DNA from: Raillietiella orientalis
Lineage: Eukaryota
DNA length: 64,000 bases
Direction: 5' to 3'
NCBI GenBank assembly: GCA_036172245.1
Contig: JAYWIR010000023.1
Coordinates: forward strand, 744,001-808,000
Positions 12,417 through 23,700 of the stretch are shown here, piece by piece (position 1 is the stretch's first letter; each line of letters begins with the position of its first letter). The translations under genes were made by a program, and so were the position numbers. Below the pieces are notes generated by a model. It was not told the DNA's origin. It saw only the letters and a program-made list of their open reading frames with translations, and did no database searches.

Positions 12417-15357
12417 GGTGCAGCAGACTTTCGTGCAACTCAGGGGATGCGTTATACGAGTCAAATGGGTAATACACGATAATGCACGACGGTATTCGAT
12501 GCAAAACGTATCTTAAAACTTATAACAGCGGAATATCTATTTTATTCTACAGAAAACAGAAAAAAAAAGTTAAAAGCGGTCTATTTACTACTTAATTGAA
12601 AGTTTTTCGGAAGGTTTTGGGGACTATGTTGGTATTTGAGCAGTTGATGCAATTTTTATGGTTTCACTTCTATAACTCTCTCGTGATCGAAAAGGCATCT
12701 TCTCCCCCTGCTATTTTATTCACCAAGAGTAAAGTAGACTTCAGCCTACTTAAATCACGCGTTCGCATTCTTCCTAAAGACAGCTGCATTGACACTTCTC
12801 CACAAAATTGAAATTTATTCGCAGGGTCGAACGAGGCTCATTTGCCGCGTTACACGAGGACTGTCGCTCCCCCTTCGTCGCGTCATAAAAATCTGCGTCA
12901 TATGGGGGTCTGCCGTACTTCTGACTTTTTTTTTTTTTTACATCTGACGCACTCGTTTGCTCTAATCAAGGGACACGCTTCCTCCCCGTCTCTACTGCTC
13001 CCGTGTTTTGCATCGGTTCGGCGGGCAGCAGTTTCCATCTGCGAAGAGGTCGCAGCGACCGCATCCGTGTTTCTTGAAATCCTCTTTTGTTCGCTTTCGG
13101 TCGAAAACCCTGCTGGTGGAAAAGGTTAGTGAAGACTCCAAGGATCACGTTCTCCATGACACTGCGTCCCGAAATTTTTTATTCGAAGAATTCAGATCCA
13201 CGAGAGTAGAAGCAGGTGAGCAGGATGCAAGATCCGCAGAAGTACCATTGATTCTGCTGGGCCTAAGGGCACCAAGAGTTTTCCGGTGGCTCCCAGTCTA
13301 TTCGAGATAGTGATAATGAAGAGCGCAGCCCCCAGTCAATTATCTTTGAACGTCAACCTCGACGTTTTGTGGTTCCAAAGGAGCGTTTAATGGAAACTGA
13401 CTTGGTCCGACTGAGTCCACGCCATCCATTCCTGGTAATTCACCCAAATTTTTTCCTCGGAAACTGTTCTCATCAACTGCTTTGTTAATACGGCTGGAAC
13501 CATTCGGATGCCTCCTCCTCAATAACTTCGCAACTCTTCTGTTTTGCAATCAGCACTGTGCACTTTTATCTATCGCTGTCCTTCGTAGAAGCGACAAGTC
13601 CACCAGGCATTTCTAGATGGAACGTTCCGACATTGTGGGTATTCGGAGCGCCTACGGCCAACGAGCCGTGCACCGAGCACTGTTTCACCGACTGGCCGGC
13701 TGTGTTCAATGGTTGAGATAAGGTCGCTGAATGGGGATAAGGTACGAAAACCCCCCCACCCACCCCTATCAAGGTAAACCCTTTCATTCGATTTCGAATT
13801 CTTCCAAAGATGGGAAGAAATGGAAAGATGCAGCTACTACGCAGAGTCGAGGGGTCAAACGCGCAGATCCCTGATGAGGTTTTGGTCGGATCACGAGAGG
13901 AAAAATCTTTCCATCGGAAGGGATCCTGCAACTGGAACATCGGCTCGAGGAAACCGGAAGCCACATCTTGCGAAAGCTCGGTTCCCATGGCAGAGCAAAG
14001 AAACACGCCTTTTGATTCTTCACCTCTAAGAATTTCCTTTCCCATCGGAGAACTTCCCATCGGAAGGCAACACCGGTGTTTTTATTCAAAACGTGTCAGT
14101 GCGGCCGACACGCAAAGAAGATGACTGGCATTCCGGTTTCCATGACGAAGTGCGTCTCTTGGGTGAAGCATCACCCAGATCGCCCTTGTGCTTTCTGCAT
14201 CCATATGATGCTCGTGTTATAAGAATGCTTCTCCATCGGGGAAAGGGGAAAAAATGTGCTATCAGTAAAAAGAGGGAACTCTTCTGAGAGCTGCATGGCA
14301 CAATGCTGATTGACCAATCGGAAGAGTCCCTGATTCAGTGACTTTTCTGAAGGAAGATGAAAAAAGTCATTTCGAGATGTTCCTTTGAGTCGTGGAGAAT
14401 CAAGCGAAGAGCAATTAATTATCCTCGAAGAGTTGGCGCTTGTCGTCATGCACATCCATCTGATTTCATCCGTTGAATGATCTTCTCAAAGATTATCCAG
14501 ACCCGCGCCGGAAGACCATCAAATAAATTATTTCTTTTGAGGTGCTGGGTTTTCTGCCGGTTCGGGCACGAGACCTCATCATCGATCTCTTCATTTTGGT
14601 TTTTTTTTTTCTTTTTGTCTCTCCCGGTGCCACGTTTTCCGAAGCGGAAACGGAGAGTGCTCACAGTTTATGCCCGGAGCATGCTTAAGAGGAACCCCTT
14701 CCTTTCGTGCATGTAACCGACAGTGACGGCTCTCATTGAGAGACTTCCGATGAGGGTTGGGGTGAAATCAAGTTGCTTCCACTGACTGCACAGTGGCTTG
14801 GATGGGCAACAGGAAGACGAGCAGTCTCTTTTTGCTTCCGGGCCTTCTATCGGCTGGAGGCTTCAAATTCAGGGGCGGCGTGGTTTCTCGATCTTCCCTC
14901 CCCCTCTTCGACTCATGCCCCCAAGCTCCTTGGATACCCCTTTCCAGTTCCAACAAGTGATCCCCTCCCCCTCCACATCGATCCTTTTGGAAAGGAACCA
15001 ATTCCAAAAATCCGACCCAGCCTCCCGTGTCAGCTAGGCTGCTGGAGTTCTTTGCCACCTCAGCTCGCTTTTTCCAAGCAAAATCGCCCTGAAGTTTCGT
15101 CGGAGATCGTGAATTAACAAAAAGTACACTGACATGGTACAGAGTGCCAGCTTCATTGTCGTAAATCAAGTACTTAACATTTTTCCATCTGTTCGCAGTT
15201 CTTCACTTCCATTTTTTTACTTCCTTCACTTCCAAAGTTCCGTACGCTGCTTTCTTTTATGGGCTGTCGAAGATGAAACCCATCTCGATCACTGCGGTGT
15301 CCTTCCCCTTTGCACTTGGAAACACCCTGATTTGCTTCTTCCTTTTTAATTCTTGAA

Positions 15358-16215
15358 CCCGCGCTGGCGGCCGCGTGGCTGCGGTCTCCGCAATTGGGAC
15401 CAAGCGTTGTGGGTTCGAATCCCACCCGGGGAAGGATCGATCGGAGAATTGGGGGTGCGTCGTGGGTTCCGTCCCCATAGGATGACCCTGGTTGGCCTGT
15501 AGGCTTCGAGTGCGGCACTAGTGGAAGCCGGATGTCCCCGTTGGTTGGCCGGGATAGAAGTTGACCCTCCACGACCCTTCCAGGGACCTAGGAGTCGGTT
15601 CCCTTCCGGGTTTCCCCCCGGTTGTGAAAAGGGAGCCGAGTACCATAGAGTACTATGGAGATGGTCGATGCCTCTCTCGGAGGATCGCCTCTCCGGAGTG
15701 TCAAGAAGCGAGCTACTGTCTTCGGGGAGAGTCCTTCAGAGAAAACTGGGAAGCGTGCCTCCGGGATTCTCTTCGGTGGAGGAAACAAGGAGCGGTTTCC
15801 TTGAGGGTTCTCTCCCGAGAACAAAGTCCAGGAGTGGATCCTTTGCAGGTTCCTTTCGGAGAAGAAATGAGGAGTGACCTCACCTCCGGCAATTCTTCCG
15901 GAGAAAATAAAGAAAAAGGTTCCTTTCGGGGATCCCTCCGTAGACAACCAGGGCAAGGGTTCCCTTTGGAATTCCTTTCCAAGCGTACAAGGAGCCTCCT
16001 GGATTCATAGGGTGGCCCATTAAAGGGTTGGTTACCCCCTAGCTGAAGAGTCACACGCACCTTCGGGGGGCGTGGACAAATGTTAAAGAGTTCTGTGAGT
16101 CAGTCCTAAGGAGGCGAACGGTTCTTTTCCAGCACTTCATGAGCCAAAAGGAGAGAAAACCAGAGAGAGAGAGAGGGAAAAAAAAAACAGCTGGAAGGAG
16201 AGCAGCGAAAACAGA
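15358..16215 (+). mobile_element. SINE-like element, copy B (subfamily 2)
   Basis: tRNA-like head with GTGGGTTCGAATCCCAC, about six ~40-nt GGAG..TCC..GG..CCT..GGAGA units, and the conserved GATTCATAGGGTGG block. Shares its 3' extension with 58810-59680. Confidence 0.8.
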
Positions 16216-17515
16216 AGAACCCCGAAAGAGTTTCCAGTTCATCCTGGGCCGATAGCAAAGAATGGGAACAGGATGGGATTGGGACTCGTGCTTGAGAAGA
16301 ATCCTTTGACCTGAATCATCCCTCATGTGCATCTTTGCCCGCAGAGGCCGCGCGCATATCGTGCTGTGGACTTCCCCTTTCTCAGCTGCTGTGATCACAT
16401 ATTCCGAGGCTTTTCAAGACGCCCACCAGCCATTTCGGGAAATCCCCAGAGAACAAATATTATCTTTTCTTTTCAGCCATGAAGCTTTCCCATCGAGCAG
16501 AGCACAAGGACGATTCCGAACGGAGTCCACCCGAAAAGTTTTACTAGGAAAGCCTCGAAGAAATGCAATCACGGTGTGGACATCCCTTCGCAAGGCCACC
16601 ACCACTCGAACGTTGCAATCGCTGTTCTTGCTAATGGTCGTTGTAAGAGCTCGCAGCAAGACGGAACTAAATCATCCACCATGATATTGTGGTGGGAGGA
16701 GACTGATGGAACGAAGTGACAGAAATGCTGCCGATGACAGATGATAACTCTTAGACTAGAGCTTCTCGTCAAGCATCATTCTTGCACCTTGCGTAGGACA
16801 ACACTCTCTGCTCACTGCGATGAGGTGCGTTCCTTTTTTCATGATTTCCTGGGTAACCAAAGATGAAATGCACCTGCCTAGGACATTCTGCTGCACGAAC
16901 TGAAGCAGTCTTTCCATAGTTTAACACGCATCTCTACATCTCGCGGACTGAGATTCTCGATGCTTCATTTGTCCGTGTTGTGGCTTCTGTGACTTTTTCC
17001 TCTCCTGTCAAAAGTTGCTTCCTTTTTGATTCCATTCCTCAAAGGAAATCGTCGATTTTTTGTATAAACAGGCTTCGGAAAATCAGCGCCGCCGGCCATG
17101 ACGTGTTTAGAGTTCAAGCATGAAAACAAAGAACGGTGGAGATGAGCTTTTAAACAGGATCGTTTTGTTCCATTGTTCTCTACAAAATGTCTCCAGAGGT
17201 TTCCCTGGTTTCCTGCCGAACAAATTCAGAACACGAGTTTTCCGTTCTTTGAATCGTTAGGAGTGCCAGATTGACTCTCAGCCAGTGGCTGTTTTGATTA
17301 CAGATTCGGCAATAGTGCGTCACAATGGGAACACTGCTGAAACCGAGAAAGGCGCTCGGAAGATCAAAGAGCTGAAGCCTACCTCAATAAAGCCAAAGGT
17401 AACCAAAGAGAAACAGACTTTGGAAAACACGATTCAGGAGCGACCCGACAGGACGCAGCTGCAGGAAGAGCAAATCTTATAGCAGAAATGGAGGTGCGCG
17501 CAGAGGACTGCCCAT

Positions 17516-17552
17516 ATGTAAACATCAAAATGCATCATTTTGATGTTTACAT
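17516..17552. repeat. Perfect 17-bp inverted repeat with a 3-nt loop
   Basis: ATGTAAACATCAAAATG-CAT-CATTTTGATGTTTACAT. Confidence 0.9.
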
Positions 17553-18110
17553 CTTCATCTGCTTTTCATCAGTAGTCCTTTCCTTTGGACAGAGCTCTAG
17601 AGGCTGTGAAGAGTAAATGCTCACGTGGAACAGCCAACGAATTTTTTTAAAAAAAATTAATAACTTGCTGATCAAATTAATTCGGGAAGCAGGCGATTAT
17701 TTTCCATGGATTCTGGACGGAAAGTAATTTGAAAGTGATGAACTGGAAAACTGGCTTAGTCGAAGGTTCCCCAATTTATAAATTTCATCCAAACACTCAC
17801 AACACTTAATCCAGTAATGCAATAGGGAAGCACTGTGCCGATTTCACTGGGCAATCTTCTCCATCTTCCTACTTCACCAAAACCTAATGACCTCCGTGGT
17901 CAATAACTCTATGAATACCATGATGGTGAGATAGCATTAACGACTCTGTCTGTGCTCTATGATGTGGAGATTTGAACTGCTCAGTTGCTGTGTTTCTCTA
18001 CCACAGAAGCAGAGCTTTCGTGCCATTTTCGAAGATGGCAAGGAAGTCTTTGGTCACTCTCTGACCAAGTATCTCATGCTATCGGTTTTTTCGAGATTAT
18101 CTGATCTGAT

Positions 18111-18351
18111 TTTCGAAAAGAGCTATATGAAAAAAAAAAACTTGCCATTTCGTTTTTCTGCTGGAAAAAAAAAAAAACTCTTGTCATGGATTCTCTATAA
18201 TACACTATACATGCATGTATGTGTATCCTACAGGATCATGCATATACATGTCGCAATCATACATTTACAAAGCTTATATGTACCATACACACATAGCTAC
18301 ACATATGACGTATATGATTCGTAAATGTGTGTGTGTGTGTGTGTGTATGCT
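18111..18351 (+). repeat. ~240-bp AT-rich direct repeat, copy 1, ending in (TG)n
   Basis: Shares TTGTCATGGATTCTCTA.AATACACTATACATGCATGTATGTGTATCCTACAGGATCATGCATATACATGTCG with 20468-20714. Confidence 0.9.
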
Positions 18352-20467
18352 ATCGCAAACGTATTCTTACACATCTATGCACACATGTACATCTACCGAT
18401 ATAAAGTGTATGAATGCATGTACATATGCACCTGGAACAGATAACAGATTGCGATCCCATTATCAGCCGACGAGTTTGAATTTTCACATGAAATCGAGAG
18501 CACATCCCTTGTATGAAGAACCGCGTATGTACCATCTTCTTATTTAGAACACTGGCAAACCCAGTTCCGTGTGAATGATGAGCACACTGTCAGGATGCTC
18601 ATCGTTTATACAACTGAATGAACTCGACGAGGTGTGGACACTATTCACAGTTGTAGAACGGCCAGTTGGCCAGGGTAATTCTTAGGTCACGTGCAGGTGG
18701 CTGACCGAGTGTGGCCCCCAGCCTTTTCCGACCCTCTTCCAAGTCACAACAACGAATTCGATTTCTTTAGATCTATTGATTCAAGCAGGGCATTAAGGAG
18801 GAAACGACCGAATTCGTATGGAAATGATTTTCGGTCCATGAACAATAACAAGAGAATAAAACGAAACGGAAAATTCGTTAATCATCCTTTGGTACGCAAT
18901 GCATCATTAATCACTCGTGGTTAATATTCGGAATTATGCCCCATGTTTAATTATTGTTCATTAATTTATGCTTTCAAATCAGATTCAGGGGTAAATTTTT
19001 GTTTCGGACTTTCGAAGCCGCGATGTTTACTATAATTCCCGACACTACGATTGCATGTGGCGGTTTACTTTCGTCTGCGGTTGACTGAATGAACTAAAAA
19101 TGTTAAAGTACTGAGGTTGTACAATGTACAAGTACTGACGTTTGCTCAGTGCTCTACGTCAGCATCACAGAGCTCGACGTCACGTTTTCTGAGGCAGGAG
19201 GGCTTCTCCATCGAACCGGCATTTTCATAGGCGTTCTCCAGTTTCCTCACCATCTCGATCGTTCACCATAGCGAAATCCTTCGAGCCACATGCAAACGCA
19301 CATGCACTTTTTTTCTTTTTTTTTTTAGTTACTTTCATACCAGAGTGGATTCTGTATAAGCAAACCACCACCACCCCAACTGTGCAAACAGCCTAGGTAG
19401 TCGTGGTTTCGAATCCTCGCCATCCCTATTTTGATTAATCCTAGGGTTGCAACCAGTGCCCTGATGTTACGTACAAACTCTAGTGCAGCTGGGAATCCTG
19501 ATTATCCAGTCACTGCAACAAATAAATTCAGTAGTTCTTTTCGATGCATCTCGAGTTATTCTCTGCAAAGATTCTTTTTGATCCATCTACACGCTGCACT
19601 GTGGAAGCAGTGAGGCTGCAAAAAAAAAAAAAATTTGCGATTCTCGTGGCTGGTTGCGAAGGAACGCGTGCGATGAATATAAAATTTCTTTTATCTTTAA
19701 CTGAGAACATATCTGAGCTCTTCGAGAAGCATTCTCTCCATCGAGATGTCTGTCGAGCTGAAGCACTTAGCTCCCATTTCTCCATGAACGCCAGACATTT
19801 CTGACGGAAACGATATACGAGAGATTTGGTCCCATACGAATATTTTCAAAGGGCAGAGATCTGTGTGACCTACTAGTTGTCAGAGATTCGAAAAGTCGTG
19901 AAATGGTCCATCCTGAAACTTGCTCCTTCTTCACCGACCTTCTTCATGGTCTGATTTTTGTTCCTGGAAATGACTTTAAAGAGAGGGATGCACGTTCATA
20001 CTTTTCAAGAAGATTCCGTTCTCCGAGACATCCGACGAATTCGGCTACGGGAATCGTCAGCAATTTTTCTCAGTGTCCAACAAGCCACGTAGCTCTTCCC
20101 TTTTTCTTCTTCTCCCCTCAACAGGCCTACCTAAAAAATTGCGCTGCTCGCTGAAATCTTTTATAAACAGCCCCGTAATTTTCTGGAAGCGTGGCAAGGG
20201 AAGGTTCCTGCGTACTCCTACGAGAGCTTATTGCCATCACAGGAATTCGAATTCCCTATTCGAGACTAATTTTCTGCATTTCTGTTTCCCTACGTTCCGT
20301 TTTCGCACACTTTTCCCATGTCGTCTTTTCCTTCCTTCGAGTTCGTGCATCACTTCCCTTTCCAAGTACGCTTGAACGGGAGGAAAAAATTCTTTCCCTT
20401 AGATGTTCTGTTCCTCCATTCTCTCCTGAAATCGCAGAATACCCGTTTCGAAATTATCGAATCCATT

Positions 20468-20481
20468 TTTCGAAAAAAGCC

Positions 20482-20517
<36 letters not shown>

Positions 20518-20714
20518 TGCCATTCCGTTTTTCTGCTGGAAAAAAACAACAACTTTTGTCATGGATTCTCTACAATACACTATACATGCATGTATGTGTA
20601 TCCTACAGGATCATGCATATACATGTCGTTGTCATACATCTACATATCTTATAAGTACCATACGCACATATATACGACTGATATATGATACGTAAATGTG
20701 TGTTTGTGTATGCT
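20468..20714 (+). repeat. ~240-bp AT-rich direct repeat, copy 2, with an expanded poly(A)
   Basis: Aligns with 18111-18351 and contains a ~30-nt A tract. Confidence 0.9.
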
Positions 20715-23700
20715 GTCCTTCGAAAATTGGTTCTCCATGCTTTCTCATCTTCTCTGAAAGTTATCCCAACACTTCGGTTAGGGATAGAAGGCAGATTCGA
20801 AATGGTGCTTGAAGAAGTCAACTGAAGTCTCTTATTCGCTCGAGACTCTCAGGAAACTGCTTGCTGTAGCAAAGGAACGTACTGGTCCCAGATCTCTTGA
20901 CAGCTTCAGGTAGCTAAGGTAGGCAGTGGGGCTTTCTTTGCAGAGGTGCTTTGAAACTTGAAGCCGAACCTCCCAGCCTGCACCCTTCCTCGCTCTCATT
21001 TTCTCAGCCAATTAGCATCTTCCTTCAACGGCGATTTCTGATTTTTCTGGTGCTTTCTCAGTAGGAGGACGAAAGCGAAGGATGAAATTCTCATTAAGGA
21101 AGCTTGTTCTCTCACAGTCCATTACAGCCGCGTTCCACCTGGGGCAGTAATTTGCACGTATTTCTCAACACATCTAAGGGCTATTTCAACATGATCAGCT
21201 GCTTGCTTCAGCTACGCGCTGAGTTTCTCTTTTCTCAGGGAGTTCAAGTCATCATGTCAGTTTTTTTTGCTTCAGCGCTAAAGTATTTATTTCATCTTCG
21301 TTCAGCTTTCAAGAAAGGAGCAGGCAGATTTATCTGTGGAGGTCTCCCTCACGCTGCTCAACACAATTCAATTAATCAGTTTTTCCTTGAAGGACACGAT
21401 TTCTCGCTCTTTGGGGCAGCGATCCTGCTCCTTTCTCCAGGCAATGATTTGCTTTCCTTTTTCTTCGGTTCACTTAGAAGCGAAGCAGAACTGAAAGGTC
21501 TTTTATTTTCATCCGTTTGGCACGGGGCAGAGGTGCATTACATATTTTCCTCCTTTGTCGATGTGTAATACGTTCGCTTGTTCCACATTCCACACAACCA
21601 CTCTCTAGCAATCGCAGCAGAGGTTAGTGAAGTCTGTATTAGATGGAAATGATTTCCAGACTGAAGGTTGCAGCTCCCTTTTATCTCTTTTAGCAGGTTT
21701 ACGATTCATGTTCAAATGAAGCCTTATGGAAATCGAGCTACTATTGGTCTGTTGAGTTATCTGAGAGTTCTACTCTTACTTCATGGACCAATTCTACTGC
21801 ATCCACTGTTGTACAAAATGAGGAGTCAGTTGGCCACAATGTGAAGGATTTTTTTTTTTTTTTTGCAAATTGACTGTTCAGAGATCTAGAAATCATTTTA
21901 TTTGGCTGAGAAGATGTCATCTAGCTCTAAGAAGAAAGATAGCAAAGAAGCACAGTGGCGCACCAACCATCCCTTGAACGTTGAAGATTCACGAAGGAGC
22001 GAACTTTCTTCATGTCTTTTCTTGATAGATAATTTTCCCATCTGATTTTTGTTAGATTTTGTGGAGTGAACTTCCGATGGACTAAGATCCTGGTAGCACT
22101 TAGGTGTGACATCATTGGTCATTGACGTCAAAGTTTGAGTCACAAATCTCTCCGAGTTCTAAAAAGGATAAGATGGAGAACACGCGGAATGACATTCGAC
22201 TTTTCCATCTTCCTTCACCTCTGGTACTACGTTGGGTGTGTTCTCTTGCATGTACTCTCAGATTGAGTCCTCTACACTCAAGTGTGTGTTTCCTTGCTTG
22301 GACGCCACTGACACCAGTGATAGTGCTCTTGTCTTTGTTCATGTTACAGGATTTGTTTGAAGATCGTAAAGATTTGTTCTCCACTACTGCTATTACGGCA
22401 CAGAACGTTATTAATATGTAAGCTCTAATAATCCTTTCCGAATCATTCTAATATCCTAAACAAGTGGCTCTCCTGCTACTCAAAGCTGCGGAATGCATTG
22501 AAAAGATATGGAAAAGTGGCCTTTGACAAATTTGCCTGAGTCAATGGGCTCTTTTAGTCACTTTAGTATGAGCAGTCCTGTCTTGAAGCTCCATTCCTCA
22601 TTTTCAATTTCTTCTTCCTTCAGTCTCAGATGCGAATCTTTACACGGATCCATTAAAAGCTCTCTTGCTTTACAAGGTAAATACAAGCAGTTGTTTTCAA
22701 ATCTCCGTAAGCTTTAACGGACTCTCATGCTAAAATACTGAGGGAACTGCCTCGTTGCTGCCAACCGGAAAACCAAATCCCATCCGAATGCCTTGGCGTA
22801 GCTGGAGGCTGACGTTGGTCAACCATCCATTATCCCCTTATAGAACATCCAGCCCACTAAAAGACTTCAGCTCTTTTAAGCTACTGAAGTTCTCAGATTT
22901 TCTCCATCTACTGAAGCTGTGTGCTCTCCAGCTGCCTAGGCGCTCTTCTTTCGTTCAGTAAATGAAATAACATTGAGTATTCCAAACCTCAACACCCTGA
23001 CATCTGAAGTCTTTTCCTTTTGGATTCTTCACTTAGCTTATCATTCCAGAACACTTTCCTGGACAGAACGTAATATCCATCGCTAGTCCAGGCAACTGTT
23101 CATCGCGTTTGGAGAGGCTCCATAGTTATTTTTTCTTTATTTGCCAAATGCAAACACGCTCTTGGCTCAGAGCCCCGGAATCGGCAAATCTTTTACCTGC
23201 TTATTTTTCCATTAAGTCGCTTTACCGTCGACTTTTGATACTAAAAATCAGTTCTCCATTTAGCATTAGAGATGAGTAGCAGATGAAAAAGGAAAAAACT
23301 TCTAAGCAACTTGGATACGTGCACGTAAGTTATAAGAGTCTGACTCCAGGAGTACATGAATAATGTTAGTGCCTGTATTCCATTTCCAATGTTACTGTCT
23401 GTCTGTCTGTTTTAGTAGGATTACTGCGATTAGACGATCTGCAGATCGAATTCGAAGCATGAGTTTCCTTAATGGTCATGAGGAGGATTGCAGCTATCAA
23501 ATCATTATAAACTGATCCCCACAGAGATGTATTTGGGAATCCCTGAAAAATTCACAAAATACAATTCTGTGGAGGTTCATCGCAGCATACATCTGAGCTC
23601 CAGCCGCGGTCGCTGCGAAGTGAATTCGACGAACTGATTGCAAAAATCTTCAAATCAATTCGTTATTCACTAGCCTATATGTGAGTGAGCGCCCATCTCA

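Noticed and set aside
14470..14515. PARVWIIFEKI as the NCS-1 KRVDKIF exon
   Set aside because: Poor match, no EF-hand 4 loop and no convincing splice sites.
15740..16000. ~40-nt repeat units as a CRISPR array
   Set aside because: The units are degenerate along their whole length with no identical repeat/unique spacer pattern. The context is eukaryotic and there are no cas genes.
19385..19520. GTGGTTTCGAATCC B-box-like motif (tRNA or second SINE)
   Set aside because: No cloverleaf, A-box or second copy in the window.
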